A stretch of DNA of 44,712 bases, counting the filler, from Streblomastix strix (Eukaryota), in assembly GCA_008636045.1 (NCBI GenBank). It is 2 parts of 2 records of this genome, joined end to end, with 100 filler letters (N's around TTAATTAATTAA, not from the genome) between each part and the next. Parts side by side here need not be neighbours in the genome. Positions count along the whole stretch, not along the records: positions 22,410 to 44,712 come from SNRW01000328.1; 1 more part is not named here. One strand, 5' to 3'. A program made the position numbers and the translations under genes. The notes beneath the pieces are model-generated. The model had not been told where the DNA came from. It worked only from the letters and a program-made list of their open reading frames with translations, and made no database searches. Shown here piece by piece: positions 23,942 through 38,184 of this stretch; the first letter of the stretch is position 1, and each line of letters begins with the position of its first letter.

Positions 23942-26900
23942 TCAATTTGCCACTTTCTTGGGCATAAATGCAGCAACATTGAAAGTACCACTGTCAGTTG
24001 GGCACAATGGAACATATTTAAGCATCCTTAACATCCTGCATGGACCATACCTCTACCCATCCAACCAGAAGAAGAAGTCATCCACACGATCAACAGCCTC
24101 TACAATCATCTCAGATACAGTCCTTGATACAACACGACCTGCTTCTATACACCTTAAGCTCCTTGCAATGGACACTTATAATGTCTCACAACTGACATTC
24201 ATCTGAGCGTTATTAGCAAATCCCCAATCACTGCTGTGTGGTATACTGGTTGCTGTCATAAATGCTGCATTTACTTATAGTACTTGGGAATGAGTGGCTT
24301 TCTTAGCTCCATCAGCTGTCATCTGAATATTAATATATATAGAATATAAATAATATAAATAAGAGAAATCATGAATCATACTGTTTCATATTTGATGTAA
24401 AGATTCTTAGTCTTGAAATTACCCTATTCAAAATCCTTTATTTTCCCTCTTTCAAGAGTACCTTATTGATTTATTAATTATGCATCATACATTTATTCAT
24501 TTGATTCATCCATACTTTGATTATTATTTAGTTGATTAGATTATTATGTTGTAGATTATGTACGTTGTGTATTTTGTGTATTGATTGAAGGATATGAATA
24601 TGAAATATCATTTGTGTTATTAACTAATTATGCACTTGTGCAAAAGACTCTTCTATATGATGGATGCTACATTGTTAAATAAAGAGGTTTTATTTATCCT
24701 TGTTATGATGTGATGTTTTGTTGTGTATTTATATCAATCTTTTATTAAGTACTATTACCTTATCCATTATTAGAAAGTGAAGAAGACATTCCTATAGTTG
24801 ATTTCAGTTGTATTGGTGCCATTGTTTGAGATCTGGGACGAAACTATTGTTAAGGAGGAGCAGCAGATGAATGTGATCGATTGTTGTGTATAATAATCTA
24901 TGAATGCAGTTTCATTTATTGTTGTTGTTGTTACATCTATTATAACTACCACTATCTCTTTAAGAGAACTTTTTACTGGATTTGAAGTTGAGCCAATTTG
25001 AACTATACTGATATTCCAGATCCTGAATTCCCCTATTCTTATTTATTCAGTCCAATTCCAATAAGTTAAATTCCACTTTCACGTTGAATAGTCTGAGCTA
25101 AGTGCATTTTAGATAATGAAGATGTCTATTCAGATGATTTCATATCTTTTAAAGGAGTTGGTTAATATTCTTATTCAGGTTCACTTAACTATGCAATCTA
25201 TTTCTATACATTTGATAACTTCTCTTTCTAGCTCTTCAATAACTATTACCATCTGAGTGAATTAGATAATTTAGATCTGAGACCAATAAATGGAAAGCAT
25301 TGACACTACTATTAAGATAATGATGTGTATTAATTAGATTAATTAGATTAATTAGAAGAAGGTAAAGAAGGTGAATTAATGAAAGAAGGAACTCCAACTG
25401 TCTTTGATGTGAAAGCAGATAATGAATTAGGAGGTTTATATACAGAAAGATCCATTCCTTATTAATTAGATTAATTAAATGATTCAGCTGCTTATTTAGA
25501 TTCAGCATCAGCAGAAGGTAATGATCCTAATCTTTATCTAATTGGAGGTTATTTCATTTATCCAACTTATTATTACTATTATTATTATTATTATTATATA
25601 ATATCTGTATCATCATCTCTTACCCAATATTCAACAAGCCATAGTGCAAATGGATATGAGTAATGAGCTTCATTCAAATATAACTATATAGCTCTGTCAG
25701 ACATATGATATGGAGATGTAAGAGGGATTACACTGTGTGTTAACCATCCATTCCCTATTTATAAGTTATCAAAGAAGTTCTCTATTCTGACAGCTGGATC
25801 AAATTATGGGTTAATTTATGTTTATTTCTTCTTCTTCTTCTTCTTCTTCTTCTTCTTTAAAGTAAGAAGTGAATATTTATCTTTATATTATGAGGGAATA
25901 TTAGATCCTGGTTATTTTAATTTTTGTTCATTTTCTGATATTTTAGATTAATTTACACTTGGTCCTCTCTGATATTTATTAGATCTTCTATTTATTCTTC
26001 TTTATAGTATTTCTTCCTAAGTTAAGAATCTTGGCTTAATTCTGGGGAATGTCTCTGTTAAAGGTAACTTCTATATACTGCATCCAAGTTCCTTATTCTA
26101 TTTCTTAGAGAAAAGATTTATATTAGACAAATCATCTTATTCAGCATCAACTCCATCTGATTGCAATGTATCTATGAAGTGTTGGTTGTCAGAATAGTCA
26201 TCATGTAGCACCATCGGACTTGAATTGACTTATGGGGATGTTATTTTAGGAGATACTTTCAATGTTTCTTTCTTTCCTTTATCTTATTTATTCTTATTAT
26301 CCTTTGATTCTTTATTTATTAATCTTCTAAGTGATCCACCAATATCAATTTTGTCTTATTACTCTTCTTATTTCCTTTAATCTGACAATTTAACAGTTCC
26401 ATCTACTCCATATATAGATGTTGAATTAGAATAGGATGAAAAGATGCCAAATGCGAGTTTTTATTTATTTGTCTAAACTGTTATTTGTTTACTTTCAAGT
26501 ATTTATTTTGAATAATAAGAATCATCATTAAAGTCATAAACATAATGATAATCATCATCTAATTATTCATTCATATCTTCATCATCATCATCATCTTCAT
26601 CATCAGATGATCCACTATTTCCTTATTCATCTTCTTATTCATCTGTATTTTGATTCTTTTATTCTTATTCCTTCTCTTTCTAGTCATAATCATCTTCATT
26701 CTCTTCTCCAATTGTATCCATATCTTTATTATGCTATTAATAACTCAACTCAATATCCTTAATATCCTTAATATCTGATATATCCTGTATATCTTCTTCA
26801 TCATCATCATCATCTCCTTAATATACATATCCACTATATTCTGGATTCCTTGGTCCAAATAATCCATATTATGCTACATTTATATCTTGATAGTCATTAG

Positions 26901-28442
26901 AGTATATATTAGAATCTTTATTTTACTATTCATTCGCATTCCCTATTCCATCATCATTATTATTATCTCCTTCACCTTCTTCATTGTTGATCAACTAATC
27001 ATCATCTTCATATTCATCTAATTCTTCATATTCATATTCATCATCTTTATTATCAATATTGGAGTCTTATTTGTTATTATTGATTAATTAATCATCTATT
27101 TCTTATTCCTACATAACTTCCTCATAATAACTTTCCCAATCTGATTCATCATCTTATTTAATATTAAGTGATTAATTTCTTTTAATTTCTTTATTCTTCT
27201 TCTTCTTTCCTTTCTTATTCTTCTTATTCTTCCTCTTCTTATTCCTCTTTTAATCATCACTATCATCATCAAATGAAGAAGAAGATGAATCTGATTTAAT
27301 GTCTCCAATTGAATCATCTGAATCATCTCCATTCCTTATTCTTCTGTTATGCTTCTTCTTATAGAAGAAATCATCATCACTGAATCCATACTCATCATCT
27401 GAAGTATTACTACTATCACTTATATCAGATTCAGATGTATCAGATGAATCATCATCATCATCTTCATCATCACTTGATAATGAATATGATTCATCTGAAT
27501 CTGAATCAGATTCATCACTATCATCCATTCTATATTTCTTCTTCTTCTTTCTTTTATCTTTCTTATTCTTATATGCTTTCTTCTTATTATCAACTTATTT
27601 ATTATTTCCACTCTACTATAGATTTGATCCAATCTTAACTTTCTTCTTCTTCTTCTTTATCATAACCTTCTTCATTACTTTCTGTCCAACAATCTTCTTC
27701 TTCTTTTTCTTCTTCTTCTTCGGTTTGGCTGTAATTAATTCTCCTCCTTCATATTATTGTTCTTATAATAACAGATCTTGCTTTAGTAATGATGGTTTAT
27801 CATCATCATCATCAGACTAGAAATTATATGCTTATAATAAATGTTGGTATCTTTCTTCTTCATCATCTTCATCATCAATATCTGTTATAAACTGGAATAT
27901 CTTTTTGACTTATTTCTTCTCTTCTTCAATGTTTATTGTATTTTAATCTTATTTCTCATTTTCCATGTCTTTGGCTAATTTGTTACTAAAGTCTTATATA
28001 TCTTTCCTATCAAAATCTTCTATCTTTTTATTCTATATATCTTTATTTTATGCATTATATATATTATTATTATTATTATTATTCAAAATGATGCTATTCT
28101 ATACGTTATTATTCTATATACTATATGCATTATCTATTCTTGGAGGGGGAGGGACAATTCCTGGAGGAGGATTTCCTCTTAATTTCGCTTTATTTTAAAA
28201 TCCTTATTTCATACCACCAGAAACTGCACTTTAAATTTATCCAAATGCAAATGATGCTGAATTATTTGGATTATTTGGTATTGATTGTGCTGATGCCAAT
28301 CCAATCATTTTAGGCTGTTATTATTACTGTTATTATTTTTATTATTGTTATTAAGGTTATTATTGTTATTAAGGTTAATTAGTTTGTTAAGTATTAATAT
28401 CCTTCTAAACAGTTTGTTATTGAGCTTATTTATTCTATTAAC

Positions 28443-28520
<78 letters not shown>

Positions 28521-31500
28521 TCTCAATTTCTAATTTCTACTACAAACTAAACCTCTTCTATTCATTCAATCCAATTTAATCATCTCTTTCTCGATCCTTC
28601 TTCTCTTTTATCTCCAATATTCTCTCTTTAATTCTTCTTTCTTTCTCCTTTTCTTGTTATTCATATTCCATCTATTCAATCTATTTCTATATTCTAATAA
28701 GAGATTTCTTCTTCATTACTCTCTTCCTCTTAGGAATCATTATAATTGGAGGTCTTATCTTCATTGATGGAGAAGCAAAAGGTGTTGATGATGACCATGG
28801 TAGTTCTACATAGTGATGATAGAGTGTATCTATAGCTCCTAAATAGTTGGATAGTTTGTTTTCTATTCTTTTGTAGAGGAAGTTGGGTTTAGATTCTTAT
28901 TATGATGGGGTTAAATTATCTTATTGTGACTATTGGAGGAATTACTGGGTCCTGGTTGAATATTAATCAGATTAATTCTTTTATTACATTTGCTATATTT
29001 ATATTCGAGGAGATTAAGACTTTATCTGACTAGATAATTAAGAAAGAAATTCATTTTGATTTGAATTTTCTAATTATTATTTATTAAAGAAATCCAATTA
29101 AATATCACCATCATCTTCATATTATATAAATTCATTCTATGTTTGTATTATTTCATTCCCTTCACTACTACTATTACTATTATTATTATATAATCCACTC
29201 TTATATATAGAAGGTATTATATAGAATAACACTCTCTATCCAGCCATTAGATAAGGTCTTCTTTCACATAGTTCATATATAACATTAGATGCTTTATGAA
29301 CCTCAAGATCACTACCACATAATATAACACGTATTGGTGGATCTAATCTAAGGGATTATATCATCTAATTTGATTGCTATATTTATTATTATGAAGATGC
29401 GCTTGTAGAAGTTGCAGATATTGTTGTTGCAGCAATTGTTAATTATTTCTATGATGAATGAGGAGTATTATTATATGATGATTATATTGGAGTAGGAGAT
29501 AATGAAGATTATTATGTATGAGATGGTTGAATGTATTATTTCAATTATACTAATGATTGATTGCCAGATGTTTAATTCTTTTATTTATTTGTATTTTATC
29601 CAGATTATTCATTTTCTTACTTCTTTATATTCATATTCATACTAATTAAACCAAACCCAGAATTCTTCTTTATTCCCAAAGCTACGCCAGATCCAACTGT
29701 AAGAGTACCAATTCCACTGAATAGATCATCTTCTGACACTTATTATTCATCTTAGTTGATAATCATTCCACATTATCCAGATTCTTCCCAAAGACCTTCA
29801 ATTAGAGCTGATTTGTCACACTTAATCAAAAGAGGTAGTTATAATGATTCAATATTATTAATTTCAGATTAATTATCTTATTCTTATTCACTATCAGATT
29901 CAGATTCATTTTATTCTTATTCTTATTCATTTGAATCTGAATCTGAAGAAGATGAATTTGAATTAAGTGAAGTGGACTATGAAATGTTATTCATCTTCTA
30001 TTTCAATTCATTCTATAATTATTATTATCCTTCATTTACTTTATTCTAATTCCTATTCTCCTTATTTCCCTTATCTTCTGGTTTAATCCAATCTTTTAAT
30101 ACATTCTTCATATCAGTTGAATATTCTTCATTGTCTTCATACTTCAACTTCATCTAAGTGTTATTCTCCTCTAATTGATTGGCAACTGTTACATACATTC
30201 TGTAGAAGTCATTATCTTCTATTAGGAAGGATGTTATATCTGATCTGATATTATCTGGTGGATGGTACTTACGCGGGAGTTCAGTCTTTAATGCTTCATC
30301 ATAAATGATATTATCTTCTTCTTCATCTTGTACATCAGTAATTGGATTTACATTTAATTGTTTGGTAGAAGATTATTATTAACTTTAATCATATTTCTTA
30401 AAACTTTTCAAATATTTTCTTTCTTCCTCTTCTTTTTCCTTTAATATTTATTATTTTAACTTCTCATCTTCGATCTTCTTCAATCTTTCTTTCTTCTCCT
30501 CTTCTTTTGTTTATTTCATCTTCTAAGCTACTTTATAATTCCAGTAATTATCATATCCTTATTCATATATCTTATTCACCCATATTTTAGCCTATTATAA
30601 TAAATCCCTTATATGAACATAGTTCTCTAATGCACTTGGATTCCTATTTCCAATTATATTCGTGTTTGATGATGTTTGATGAGATGATTAGGAATTAGTT
30701 TATTATTAAGTTGTAATACTCACATTAAATGCATTTGAATTCCCACCGACTTATTCAATAGATACTTTCAATTAAGGTTGATATTTTGGAGGTCCGGCCA
30801 ATATATCAGATATTTCAATATATAATTGAAGCAGTTATCTATTTGATAAACACAATGCAATTCCAGCTGCTCCTTTAAGATCATTCTTTCCCAATGATTG
30901 AGGAATTGGAAGTAATTATTTAATTTATTATAATATTTCATTAGCTCTTTTTTATTAATCATTTTGATTTGGTTATTATTGAGTATTAAATTAAGTGAAA
31001 AATGATTGATCTAATTTAAGAGGTGTATTATTATTAATTAATTATTATTCTAAAGCCTACTTATTTACTTCAGATTTAATCTATTCCCAAGCTCTGGCAA
31101 TCTATTATTGTAATGAAGGAATGGTATGTTATATAACATCTACTATAGCTGATGCTATTAGAACATCAGGAGAAGGTTATCTTGGATATCTAGCGCATAA
31201 TACTAATGCTCCTAGTGGATGCTTAGTGAATGATTCTGATGCAAACAAAGGAACCCCAGTGAATAAAGTCCCAATAGAATACTATTTAGATCTCCTTGAT
31301 ATAACTCCAGATCCAGGTATGCATATTTCTCTGTTAATCAATTCAAGAGTTCTAACAGCTACATATCCAGTTGGTTAAGGCCATGCAAGTGCCCCATTTA
31401 GATTATCTCTCAATTAGCTCAATAAATGAATATCTTAACATGGACACTTAGATATGATATCATTAATCCATAAGCAGAGTACTGTGCGCTATTCATGTGA

Positions 31501-33186
31501 TGCCCTCATTAGGAAGAAGTCATTAGCTAATACCAATGCTTCTGATGCAGCTTCTTATTTGGCTTTAAGAGATACAATAGGAAGTGAGAATGAAGATCCT
31601 ATTTTATTAGGTGCAAATGAAGACTCATTCAATTTTGATTTATCTGCACCTCTTCCAGATGAAGTTTATCTAGCATCTATCCTCTATCTCAATAATATTT
31701 CTTATTCCTGTTATTGTTTCTATTATAATCTCTCATAATGCTCATGTTGTATATGTGGACCTCCAGCTGACCATTATTACAAGGCTTGGAATCCTTCTTC
31801 TTCTAAATCAAGTTTAGGAGGTTACACATCTATAAGATTTAATTGGTTATTAGTAAGTATTGAATTAATCTATTTAGAAGAAGATGATTTGCTCAGAGAT
31901 GAAGAAGAAGGTTAAGAAGAGGTTTAATTCAATTATTACTAATTCTAATCTCTCAATTAATCTACTTTCTTATATTCATTCAGAGTAACTCTCTTAATAT
32001 CTCCAACTCTATGATCAGGTCTATCTAATTCACTATCTCTAATACACATATCATCCCCATAGTTGTATATACCTGATTACTATTATAACTTCTTCTTCAA
32101 TTCATTCAGTGATGATTCAAGCTCATTTCTCTTAATAAGCTTCTTATATGCATAATATGGAGAATCAAATAATGGAGTTGTAGTATAGAAGTCATTATCT
32201 GTCCATTTACCTCTCTTCTCCAATATACCAATTGTTTATTATTATTATTATTATTATGATGGATTTGTTATTGAAGGAGAAGTTAATGATGAAGATTGAA
32301 TAGATGATTGAATTGGATCTCCACCAAATGCAAAGAAGTTGATACAATCGTCAATGAATAATCTTGCTATTAAATACATATCTATTTTATATTCATAGAT
32401 CAATGAAATAATAATAAATAATAATAATTTGTTTGCATACTGTTATTCAATCCAACGCCTGACGGATATGTTAAACTTGTTGGAATTGCATTGATTTATT
32501 TGTGTTGAAGCTCAATTAAATATCTTACAAGTCTTTTATATACATCCTTCCAAGGTTTCTCATATTTGTTGATTGCTAAATTAAACTAGAAATATTATTT
32601 ATAAAAGAAAAGAATACATATAAATATACTGAAAGAATATTATTCAAACTATTTCGAGAGTTGATTTCTATTCAGAAAATAGATGCCATTATGATTCAGA
32701 AATTGTGTTCCTATAACATTTCATTTGATAATATTATTATTAAACAAGAATAAAATATTACAATAATAATAAAATAACAAAAATCAAACCAAAGTTTCCT
32801 TGCAACACTCAATTAAGAATCGAATATCATAAACTCATGAAACAATGAAACATAGAACAGTGAATTGAATATTGAACTAAATTGTGGATCTGGTAATAAG
32901 ATAAATTAAGATGAATTAAATGATAAAATTTCTTTTGTATTATACCATCGACTTTCAGAGGAGGCATAATTCCTTTTCCAGAAATAATCTTCTATATTTT
33001 CTCATTTACTTTCTAATCCTGTGAGTCACACGCACGGAGTAAGAATATTTAGAGAAATTTTGTCGCTTCTTATGAATCAAGTAGGGTCTTCCAGAAACGA
33101 ACAAATTCGTCTGGTTCAACAAACAGTTAATCGCTACCATCTTTTGTTATCAGTGCGAACCTATCTATAAGTTGTATATTGCTCAT
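23942..33186 (-). CDS. ~2975-aa protein with PI3K-gamma regulatory subunit (p101/p84, PIK3R5/6)-like conserved blocks separated by Q/D/E/K-rich low-complexity inserts
   Basis: Exons 33186-32946, 32889-32790, 32710-32650, 32585-32441, 32381-24382 and 24322-23942; all GT-AG, phases consistent, 8928 nt in total. The 8-kb exon was spot-checked, not read codon by codon. Motifs: LAWPQPTG..LELINREICIPG, RVILCGSD, LYIIP, NKLSNYLGAIDTLY, IQLYLNEA, FWLDGQRYGP..VAAFMP. Confidence 0.75.
28447..28518 (-). repeat. (TAA)24 coding microsatellite = poly-Gln tract
   Basis: 24 consecutive TAA codons in frame with the 8-kb exon. Confidence 0.9.
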
Positions 33187-33787
33187 TTGCTAATAATTAG
33201 TGAAAAAAGAGTAATGAAAAGAAAAATTAGGAAAAAATTGTCATTTTCTGATAAATTGAGACGTTTTATAATATATATTAATTATATATTATAAATACAT
33301 CAAGAATAATCTAAATATTTTGATTAGTATTAATTTATTAGTATGATTTTTAATTAAGATTTTTGTTTGATTGTTTCTTATGCTAATATCAAATTTTAAT
33401 AGCTTATGACCTTTTAAATGAATAAAATATATATTTCATAGATATCTAGATTATAAATAATACATAAAGATTCAAGAATACAAAGCAAACTATAACTTAT
33501 TACTCAATTTAATCTTATCAGTTTAACTTGTGAATTCTTATTAATAAAATTAATAAATATATTTTATACACACAAATTTGTTAAATTAAATGAATATTAA
33601 CAAGTTTATTTAATTCGAGCTTTTTTGCCTTATCTCATCTGCTTAAAATTATTTTTATGCATTTTTTAAACTAAAATAGTTATATTGAAATCAAAAATTT
33701 ATTTATTTTACACAAATATTAATATATTTATTACAAAACTCTAACTATTTTTATTTTATTTTGCTTTTTGTTTGTTCAGGCTTCAGA

Positions 33788-34956
33788 ATGGCCGTTAGAG
33801 ATTTAACATAATAATTTATAAAATATAGAAATAAAATTAATTTTTACTCTGAGTCAAGTGCTGAATGGGCCAGCCTTTCGCGTTTCCGGCTTACACCACC
33901 AAAATATATCCTTCAAGTTGAGAAAATTAAGAAAGATATGGATAAATTGGAGAAAGATATTGAAGAACTGAAAAATAAATGTGAAAAAACAAAATTAGTG
34001 CGTTCTTTTGATAATTAAAACAAATAAGACTAATAGGATGCTGAATAAATTGACAATGACAGTTCATAAATTCTAAATGTCATAGGTTAGATTAGAAATG
34101 ATATATATGATATTTTCCCAGAATAATGGAAAACAAGCACGGATTTACCTCCTGGTGAAACTCAATAATCATTGGACATGCGTAAAAATTCACAACTTAC
34201 GCTTTCAGAAAGACTTTAACGTCTTACACATGTATTCTAGAGATAATAAGTGGCATATATAAAAGGTATTTAACAATAGATTATTATTCTACATATATCA
34301 TATATATCATATTTAAACAGGAATATAGAAGTAGAGTAACAAAGGTCATCATTCCAGTTCTCCATCTCCAAGTAATACTCCAAATGAAGCTCAATTAAGA
34401 TTCACTCATTCATCTCTATTTAATATTGATGAATTAGATTTAGATGAAGACTTTGATAATTATATAAGCAATCAGGTATGAGATATAAACATTTTATTCA
34501 GATACATAATACATTTGTTTATTATATTCATTTATTAAGAGATTTACAATATAATAATAAGCATAAGTTGATGGAAATTAGTAATTTGTTTAATGGAGAT
34601 TGAAATAACTTAGATCAATAAACATGCAAATCTAGCATATAGCTATCATGTTTTAAGATATGCATACACTTGTTGTTGAATAAGGAACCCTTCTTGATAA
34701 TGTTGAGCATAATATAATAGAAGCAAGATAGAATGTTAGAACTGGAGTTGCAGAATTAGTTTAAGTATGATATGGTTATTATTTATATATTCATTAGTAT
34801 ATTTATTATTATGAATTCTATAACATAACTCAAAAGGCTGATAATAGTGACTGGCTTAGATCTAAGTTATAAAAAGCAATTTTGTATCTGGCAATAGCAA
34901 TTGCTATAGTCTTTACTCTAATAATAATTATTTTACTTTTCAAATTAGGAAAATGA
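33788..34956 (+). CDS. STX16: Syntaxin-16/Tlg2-like Qa-SNARE; introns 34266-34320, 34476-34539 and 34765-34836
   Basis: N-peptide MAVRDLTQQFIKYR, PPKY, Habc helices, SNARE motif MFQDMHTLVVEQGTLLDNVEHNI and a C-terminal TM segment AILYLAIAIAIVFTLIIIILLF. Confidence 0.88.
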
Positions 34957-35105
34957 ACCAATTACATTTCATCTCAAAAAGAGGTTTATTTACAGTTATT
35001 TTAGAACTGTTCTAAATAAGATTTGCATGAATATAAAAATATATAGTAAAGTATTAGAATATTTTATAATTAAAAAACAGTATAGATATGCTTCTAATGA
35101 AATAA

Positions 35106-37433
35106 TCATATATGCTTCAATAAAAGAACCTTTAGTTTAGAAGCTCCTTCCTTTGTAATCTTGTCCCTATGGAACATGTTCTTATCAGCTTCTTCTATCG
35201 CTCCTTCTTCTTCGAGCATTCGTTAGATATCTAATAACTATTGTGAAAAGTAGTAAAATATAAATGAAATATACAGTTTAAATGTTAATAACACAAAACA
35301 AACCATCATTTCAGATATTTATTTATCAGTTAATTATACTTCTTATTCATCACAATGTTTCACTTCAATAATTTTCTACTCATTTTATTTTATTTGAATA
35401 TTATTTCTAATTACTGGTTATTATCTCTGACTTCTAAATATTAAAGATTACAAAGATTCAGCAGCTTCAGGATTTAACTGATATTATTACTTGATGTTCA
35501 AATTAGGAGTAGAATTAGATGATATTATTTGTGATGTAGTAACCTATTTAATAATTTTAGTCTTAGGTGTTGAAGGTCTGACTTTTGTCTATAATGAGTT
35601 ATTTGATTGACTGTTACTAATTATTGGTTGAGAAGACTTTATATCAAGTTTATATACTACCACTCTCTATATCAAAATGAATATAGCTTATTCAGCAACA
35701 GATGTCACATTGTTATTTAATTCATATGTACTGTTCAGGAGAATCATTAATCTTTTAATCACTGCCATTTTGAATGATTTTAGATGAGCATCAATATCCT
35801 GAGTATCTTTATTCTATTAACTTGTATTCTGTATCTCAAATAATCTCTACTAATAATATTGCATCTTCTTCTTTCCTTTTTCTTCTTATTTTTCTTTCTC
35901 TCTTTATTTCATTCTTTCTTCTCTCTCTATTTATTCTGAGAAGAACAAATTCCTCAATTGTTTCATATTCCCAATTTATGTGAATTGAATAAGGAATTGC
36001 AGACACTCCTTACGTGCATTTGATCTTTTAGAGAAGCTAATGAGATGTATTATGCATCGAGGAAACTTAGAAGAAGTAAGAAGTCTCTCCATCAATGATT
36101 TGTCTCTATGAACAACAAGTCTTGACAATAAAAGAAGAGCATTTTCAGAGATTCCAGAATCAGGAAGTGACATTTTCATCTCCTTTTTCACAGGAATCTA
36201 TTTTGGTCTTACAGATGAATAAGAGATGTTATTCATTCTTTCTCTTAATTCAGATTAATACTATAATAGTGGATTAGACTAAGATCTAGGAAACCCCTAA
36301 TACATCTTATTTGCATTAAACTATTAATTCCCCTCATCCTCATGATCTGGATTGAGCATCTATGATATCTATACAGCCTTACGTGCATAATCAGCTTCTC
36401 TAAGAGCTTTGGCATATAATGACATTGTCTGTTACCCTCCTCTTTATTACCAGAATTTGATCTCTTTTTATTCTTCTTCTATTCTCCTCTATTCTTATTC
36501 AATCGCTTTCTATCTATCAATCTCTTCTTAATACAACATTGCTTTCAACATCTCCTTGGACATTAGTTGTTCAATCTGTTCAATTGCATGTAGTTCATTA
36601 ATCATTCTTTCTTACTCGCTTATCTGTCCAGCTATTAACATATTGGTAGTCATAAGTGCATCTTCTATTATTGTCTCAGAATTATGATGTATAAGCTTGA
36701 AAACAACTTCATAAATTCCACTTTTTTCAAGTTCTCCCTTTTACATTGTCAAAATTCCTTCTAAATGCTCCATAAAGCTCCAATCTTGTATCAAACATCG
36801 AATTCCAAGAAGTACTCTTTGTATTTAATTTGGTTCAATTCTCATTTCAACACCAGATTAGATTATATTATGGAATCTATGGACAATTATTCGTTATAAA
36901 GATTTCTCCATATCTCTTCTGAAGTATATAAAAGAAATAAAGATGGACAGAAGATCCTTAATATCACTCGTTCTATCATCTTATAGCATCTAAATGAAAT
37001 GAGGAAGAGTGCCAGTCATGTGAATACCAGTATAGAATGGCTGTGCTTCACTTCCATTTGTAACCATTTTAACTCCTCTTTCTACAATGTCTGTTATGAA
37101 TTCTAGAGTTACTATATTTTACTCTGATTTAACATCTCCAATAAGTTTAACTGTGTTCTTTAAGAATTCTGACCCACAAATGGCTCTAAGATCCTCATCA
37201 TTCAAAGATTTCATTGTTTCTCACGCTTCTTTAATTGCACTAAGTTATTCATCACCCTATGTGTACAAAGCCTCTGCAATATAATGGTTTAATTTATTGC
37301 TGTATCCACCATAGAGCAATTTTGCTCTAGTTTCATCAATGTTGATGCGTTTTGAACTACCTAAATGTGCTGGAAGAGTATTAGATAGGCCAAGTAGTGC
37401 TAGTTTCTACGACAAAATTAGTCGAGAACTCAT
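35106..37433 (-). CDS. Hypothetical alpha-helical (ARM/HEAT-like) protein, ~750 aa; one intron (~35239-35303); in-frame TGA at codon 71
   Basis: Long open frame under table 6 apart from the TGA at 37221-37223; amphipathic helical repeats (e.g. GIYEVVFKLIHHNSETIIEDALMT; ENALLLLSRLVVH). Confidence 0.75.
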
Positions 37434-38184
37434 ATAAATTACAGGCTGAAATTGAAAAGATATAAAAATAATTAAATATGAAAATAAATTATAATAACAA
37501 GGTGTATTTGTATATTTTCATTTTGATTTTGAATTTAAATCTAAAATATGATCTCGCAAATATAGATAAAAACATTTTTATTTTATTTATTTATTTATAC
37601 GCAAACTCTAAATCAAAAATAAAATTATATATAAAAATATTTATGTTTAAATTAAATATGTTGTTTGAACATTCATATGGCTAATTTGTGATGGCATAGA
37701 GATAAAAAAAAGAATATAAGCAAATATTGAATAACTCTCTGGTTTGTCTTTAATTGTCTAACGCTTTATTAAAAGCTGAATCAAACAAGCTAGCATCGGC
37801 TATTATCTTGTGTAATTTGATTATCACACTAAAAATTATACAATATTGGCCAGAAACAGAATAATTCTTGTTTGGTACTTATATAGAGCTGCATTGAATG
37901 ATTTGTTATAAATATATCATTAATCCATTACTTGATATTGAAATTGATGTGATTTATTTATCTTATCGATGAGAATTTGCACAACTTATTAAATTTCACG
38001 TTTATTATTCGCCACAACATTTAGATTAATAATTTGTTTAAAAATCAATCAAAAATAAAAATTTTCTTTTCTTTCTAGCTATTTAAAATTATATATTACC
38101 TTGCTCTATCCAATAAATCTATTATTTTTTTAATTCTCATTTGATTTATTCACTCTGTATTTATAATTAATTTCAGAATTACCA

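Noticed and set aside
37680..37990. Slightly GC-richer intergenic patch (gene remnant or snoRNA?)
   Set aside because: TGA stops in the plus-strand frames examined, no recognisable motif and no convincing C/D box pair with a terminal stem.
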